DNA of 64,000 bases from the human T2T-CHM13v2.0 reference genome, Homo sapiens: assembly GCF_009914755.1 (NCBI RefSeq), contig NC_060944.1; one strand, written 5' to 3'. The translations under genes were made by a program, and so were the position numbers. This document shows, in pieces, positions 57,238 through 64,000 of the stretch (its first letter is position 1; each line of letters opens with the position of its first letter). Below the pieces are notes generated by a model. It was not told the DNA's origin. It was given only the letters and a program-made list of their open reading frames with translations, and ran no database searches.

Positions 57238-58145
57238 GAATTTTCTACCCTGGACAGACAGGTCTCCTCATGGTCCCCTAAACAGTCTCAGCTCATTCCA
57301 GCTTCATGCCTTTGTGCTCCTCCCACTGCCGAATATACCCTGCATTCTCCCTGCTACTCATCCAAACACAACCCTGCCTTCTAGATCTAGCAGATCCTGC
57401 CCCTTCACCAGGCTTCTCCCAGAGATCTCCCAACTCTCTGAATCCTCAGAGATCTTACCTGGATCATGCCTTGTGGCACTTGATAAAGCACCGACATCCT
57501 GAGCTACGCTTTCATGTCTCACCCTATCCTTTGTTCCCTTTAGCACCTGACACACAGGGAGGTGTGAGGGAGAGTTCTAGACTAGGCAGTAAAGCACTGT
57601 TGCCCTGCCTGCCAATCATATTCATTCATTCATTCATTCAATAAATGCCAACTGGCCACATTCTCTGTGCAGACACCTACCATGTGTAGGTCAGTAAGAG
57701 ACAATTTTAACAACCTTCTCTACAGGGTTGGCAACTGTGGCTTGGCTCCTCTTCCCTCTACTCACATTCTAGATAATTTAAATAGCTAACTAATATACTG
57801 AAGTAACGAGGTTTAGAAACATGAAGTCTATTATCAATTTTATGTTAAACAAGTTAACTACTCAGCTTTGGTAACCTCTGAAAGATGGAGACACTATGAA
57901 TAACCTTCCAGGGCCACTGGTGAACAACATTAGAAAGCATTATTTACATGTTCACATTTTTATTATTAGGACAATAATGCTAAACAGTATCCATTCCCAA
58001 CTCCTGTAGGAAGAAATCACTGGCTGACACAGATTCAGACATTTTAAAAGGAAAGAAAGTGAAAGACCTTATTTTCAAAACCATAACCAAATGACTATAA
58101 CTTAAATGGGAACTTTTCAGCAGATAGACTTACTTTTGGTTTTTA

Positions 58146-58403
<258 letters not shown>

Positions 58404-58414
58404 CTAACTATTCC

Positions 58415-58699
58415 TTTTTTTTTGAGACAAGATCTCCCTGTCACCCAGGCTGGAGTGCAGTGGCACAATCACAGCTCACTGAAGCCTTGACCTCCCAGGC
58501 ACAAGTGATCCTCCCACCTCAGCCTCCTAAGTAGTTGGAACTACAGGCATGAGCTACCATGCCTAAGTTTTTTATTTTTTGTAGAGATGGGGTCTCGCTT
58601 TGTTGGCCAGGCTGATCTTAAGCTCTTCGTCTCAAGTGATCGTCCTGCTTCAGCCTCCCAAAACACTGGGATTACAGGTATGAGCTACTGTGCCAGGCC
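58415..58699 (-). mobile_element. Old (AluJ-like) Alu in SAMHD1 intron 14
   Basis: T tail at 58415, diverged full-length body ending tgtgccaggcc. Confidence 0.9.
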
Positions 58700-58802
58700 C
58701 ACTTTAATTGTAAAGATATGCCTTAAAACCTAATTTGCATATAAAATGCTAATTTACTATAAAGATTTGCTACATGCCACTATAGTATATTTGTTTTGCC
58801 TA

Positions 58803-58916
<114 letters not shown>

Positions 58917-59003
58917 CTAAATAAAAGCAATTCACAAGTAATCATATAGCAAGCAGGAGAACTGAACTCAGGGCTGTAGGAGCATAACAAGAAATGGAAC
59001 AGA

Positions 59004-59399
<396 letters not shown>

Positions 59400-59544
59400 T
59401 TAGGGATTTGGTATTGAAATCTGGGAAGAATGGGAAATGCACTTGTGTGTTTGATCTAAGTGTGGTGTAAACTCAATCCCTGCTATGTGACAGACACAGA
59501 TAGACACTAGAGGTACAACAAGGACACTTTAAAATAAAATCCCA

Positions 59545-64000
<4,456 letters not shown>

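Overview
Primate, almost certainly human, genomic DNA from the chr20q11.23 SOGA1/MTCL2 - TLDC2 - SAMHD1 locus, with roughly 70 Alu copies or fragments. Positions 1-22954 are intron 1 of SOGA1/MTCL2 (minus strand), whose 229-codon first coding exon (23641->22955) lies in a CpG island. TLDC2 (plus strand) is complete: six coding exons from 36471 to 49734 join in frame into a 215-aa TLDc-domain protein, followed by a probable non-coding last exon from 53228. SAMHD1 (minus strand) enters from the right with its last three coding exons (58916-58812, 58331-58194, 53432-53298) and a long 3' UTR interleaved tail-to-tail with TLDC2. The rest is Alu, L2, MIR, CR1/L3, L1M, MLT1, LTR33-like and DNA-transposon fossils, a 7SL pseudogene and simple repeats. 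Almost every ORF-track entry is an Alu or GC-rich artefact. I found no CRISPR, prokaryotic or clearly foreign system. The best candidate for an undescribed system is RNA-level control of the SAMHD1 C-terminus, with four parts: an inverted Alu pair bracketing the in-frame exon 14; a cryptic exon-15 donor that would replace the T592/Vpx-targeted tail; a TLDC2 antisense exon covering the last exon and its acceptor; and inverted Alus in the long 3' UTR. All four are inferences that need RNA data. Gene names, exon numbers and repeat families come from recognition, not database searches.
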